A DNA stretch of 64,000 bases from positions 12,472,698 through 12,536,697 of the forward strand of contig OZ037765.1 of assembly GCA_964035545.1 (NCBI GenBank). Direction: 5' to 3'. Below, piece by piece: positions 61,437 to 64,000 of the stretch. The stretch's first letter is position 1. Each line of letters starts with the position of its first letter. This DNA is from Bugula neritina. Lineage: Eukaryota; Animalia; Bryozoa. The notes beneath the pieces are model-generated. The model saw only the letters and a program-made list of their open reading frames with translations. It did no database searches and had not been told where the DNA came from. A program made the position numbers and the translations under genes.

Positions 61437-62560
61437 ATGTGTATACTAGAAGAAGAGTTCTTTGATTGTGTTGAAGAGATTGTGGAAGAGTATTTTGATG
61501 CTCTGGAACAGTTTGGTAAGATTCTCAATAAGCATACTACATAATTATGACAACAATAAGTTAATATGCTTATCATTATAATGAACACTGAATAACTGCT
61601 AAGCTATACAATTGTTGTTATCATGGGCATTTAATTTCTGACAAATTATTAAAACTGTGGTAATTTTTGACCAACATCACATAGTATAACTTATCCCATG
61701 CTATTCACCTAAACCTAACCTATATTAAACTGATATATAATATATATAAACTTGAAGGTGATGAAAAGCCAATTTCAACTCATCTGCCAGAGCAGGCTAA
61801 GCCTAATGACCAAAAGGAACTGAATGATGAGGGTCAAACCCAACAGCTCCTTTTTGCTGGAAACATTGAACCAGGAGTGGTAGGTTATTTATTCTATTTA
61901 GCGTATATTATGATATCAATTTATTCTATTGTGATTTTTTACACTCAAGGCATAAATTTCAATTTGAAGCTGTTTATCGAAACTTTAAATTCCAGCAAGA
62001 GAGTTTAAAATTTAATGTGCACAAATTAATGTGCTGCTTGTTATTTTTGTCATATTATTATCAGTGAATTCATATAATCTGTTGCAGAAACCCACAGTCA
62101 CATGTGCTAAGCCCTCACCAGAACATGAGTTTACCGAAGTATGTAAATTCTTATATACAGTTTTAATAACTAATATTACACTAGAGCTAATCAACTGGTA
62201 TTACAGGATTAGTAAACATAAAAATTGGTTATTAACAATCACCAAAAGGTACTTATGAGTAAATAATATTTCAGGGCTGCTATACTGGACATTGCCAATT
62301 CTGTTTCATGGATAGAGGGGTACATGTTGGAAGGAGAGGCCAGAGTAAGTGCATTACTTTTTAATAGACTTTGATTTTAATTTGCATTAAACTGTGAATA
62401 TTTTGTCTGAGTATAACTTTATAGCAATGGGCAAAAACTATTTTATAATTCTTTAGACTTCAGAGGTAGAAGGTCTATGAAGAAAAGACTCAAGAGGTTC
62501 TTCAAAACTAAATTATGCTGTTGCCTGTTTCCAAACGATAATGATGTTGATGTGCTTTAA
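61437..62560 (+). CDS. Uncharacterised 141-aa FFAT-motif / polybasic-CCC protein, copy 2
   Basis: Exons 61437-61515, 61758-61879, 62088-62138, 62275-62344 and 62457-62560 use the same splice sites and phases as copy 1. Last-exon differences are mostly synonymous. AATAAA at ~62588. Confidence 0.8.
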
Positions 62561-62959
62561 TAATTTATTATATTATATTTAATATGCAATAAACCATATT
62601 CTGTTATTTTAGTTTTATTTTCAAAATTTGATCGATATTTAATTCAAACTTGTTACCATTATAATATAATGGTGATATAGTGATATAATTATATTATATA
62701 CATGATAATTCATTAGAACAGAAGTTAAAATGAGATGACAACTACAAACAAGAATAACTCAAATCTCCCATAATATAATTTAACAGCTGCTCATAATATT
62801 TCATGGTATATAAAACCAGCAATTTACATGAACTTTGATTATTTAGTTAAACAGAATGAAATTGGAAATAAAAGAAAACTGACATGTTGAACAGCCGTAA
62901 TGAAGCACAGAGTTACAGGTCATGTTGAACTAAATATTTCTGTTAGATTAGAATGAAGA

Positions 62960-64000
62960 AGCTAAAGTAGAGGTTTCTGGTCTTTTTGGTTTATTATATG
63001 GAGCTGATGGCATCTCGACTGTGGCTTTCTTAGGGCTGAGATTTGGAAGTCTTTCTGTGCTTTCTCCTTTATATATTTTCCCATCAATTGGCCAACTACC
63101 ACATGGTTATGCACATTTATAGTTGGGTAGGGACTAGTTTGGTCAATTGTGCATTCTTGAATTACCTGGATTTATTTTATACTTTTAATAGTAATTTTTT
63201 TCAGTTGAAATAAAACGTACCAGTTAGGAAAGCAGTGATTGCTAAAACACGAAATACCCTTAAAATTTCTTTGCAATTTCTAATTTAAAATTTTCAGGTC
63301 AATGCAGAAAAGGGAAAATAGCTGAAGATTTCCAGTTCCCAGTTCATTAGCATTGAGAAATATTTGGAGCACAAGCAGCATGCTGTTTTTCATATATAAC
63401 TGATTTAAATTCGAAACAGTATAGAATTAAAAAACTTATCTATACACCTCTACACCAACTGGTTGAGTTGTAATATATGTAACCGTAATGTAAAATGCAT
63501 AGATAGTTTAAACAAGACCTAGAACATGGTTCTAAGAAATAACATTTTTAGACAAGCCCTTATATTTAGTGTTATACTCGTATTGTAACGGTCAGTAGAT
63601 AATTAGATACATACTACATAATATGCAAACTAGTATATTACAGGGTTGTAATTCTTGGCTTGTCTCATGTGTCTCAATGGATTTACCATAGTGTAGGTAC
63701 CACCAGCAGGTCTTGGTGAACTGTAGATGTCAAAGTATGGATTCTCTCTATCTTGGAATTGCTGTCTAATTTTCTTTATTTCATAAGTTGTGTATGGGTG
63801 GTACGTCTTATGTCCCGACACACTCCCTTGAGCAGGTAAACTCTGTGGGCTAAACATAATTATGATAAATACTTTCATAACTTCCTTAAAGTATTGCAGC
63901 CAATTGTTGATCAGATAGAAGGTTGTTGTGGCACATGGCATAAACATTCAACATCTGATTTTATAGCTTATAAAAACACTCTTGCATAGACATACAACTA
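62960..64000 (-). pseudogene. Exon-like remnants of an unknown minus-strand gene (paralogue of 16730-17120)
   Basis: AG|PQSLPAQ...YEIKKIRQQFQDRENPYFDIYSSPRPAGGTYTM|GTAAAT (~63850-63687) and a further CAG-flanked exon-like block at ~63165-62965. Confidence 0.4.

Overview
AT-rich, intron-containing metazoan (invertebrate-like) genomic DNA, not prokaryotic. The backbone is a tandemly duplicated cassette with a spacing of about 47-48 kb. Each copy carries an 8-coding-exon clan-2 cytochrome P450 (+), a small 5-exon gene of unknown family just downstream (+), and decayed minus-strand exon-like sequence. CYP copy 1 is 5'-incomplete (exons 2-8, 6561-12508). CYP copy 2 is complete (43126-60090, 503 aa by manual splicing). 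The small gene (148/141 aa) splices in frame in both copies. It encodes tandem FFAT-like motifs, a Cys/His cluster, a polybasic-CCC segment and a conserved DVDVL C-terminus; a third, pseudogenised copy lies antisense in CYP intron 1. About 23.5 kb between the cassettes is a nested retroelement cluster: a CR1-like LINE; an old Gypsy whose 3' LTR holds a second LTR element (itself holding an RTE LINE) and an I/Jockey-group LINE; and a young, intact LTR retrotransposon. The young element has apparently identical LTRs, a classic -1 frameshift signal and an atypical primer-binding site complementary to nt 1-12 of tRNA-Phe. Introns hold piggyBac, Sola, BEL/Pao and Penelope remnants, MITEs, SINEs and minimal hammerhead-ribozyme motifs. 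All calls are by eye; no searches were run.
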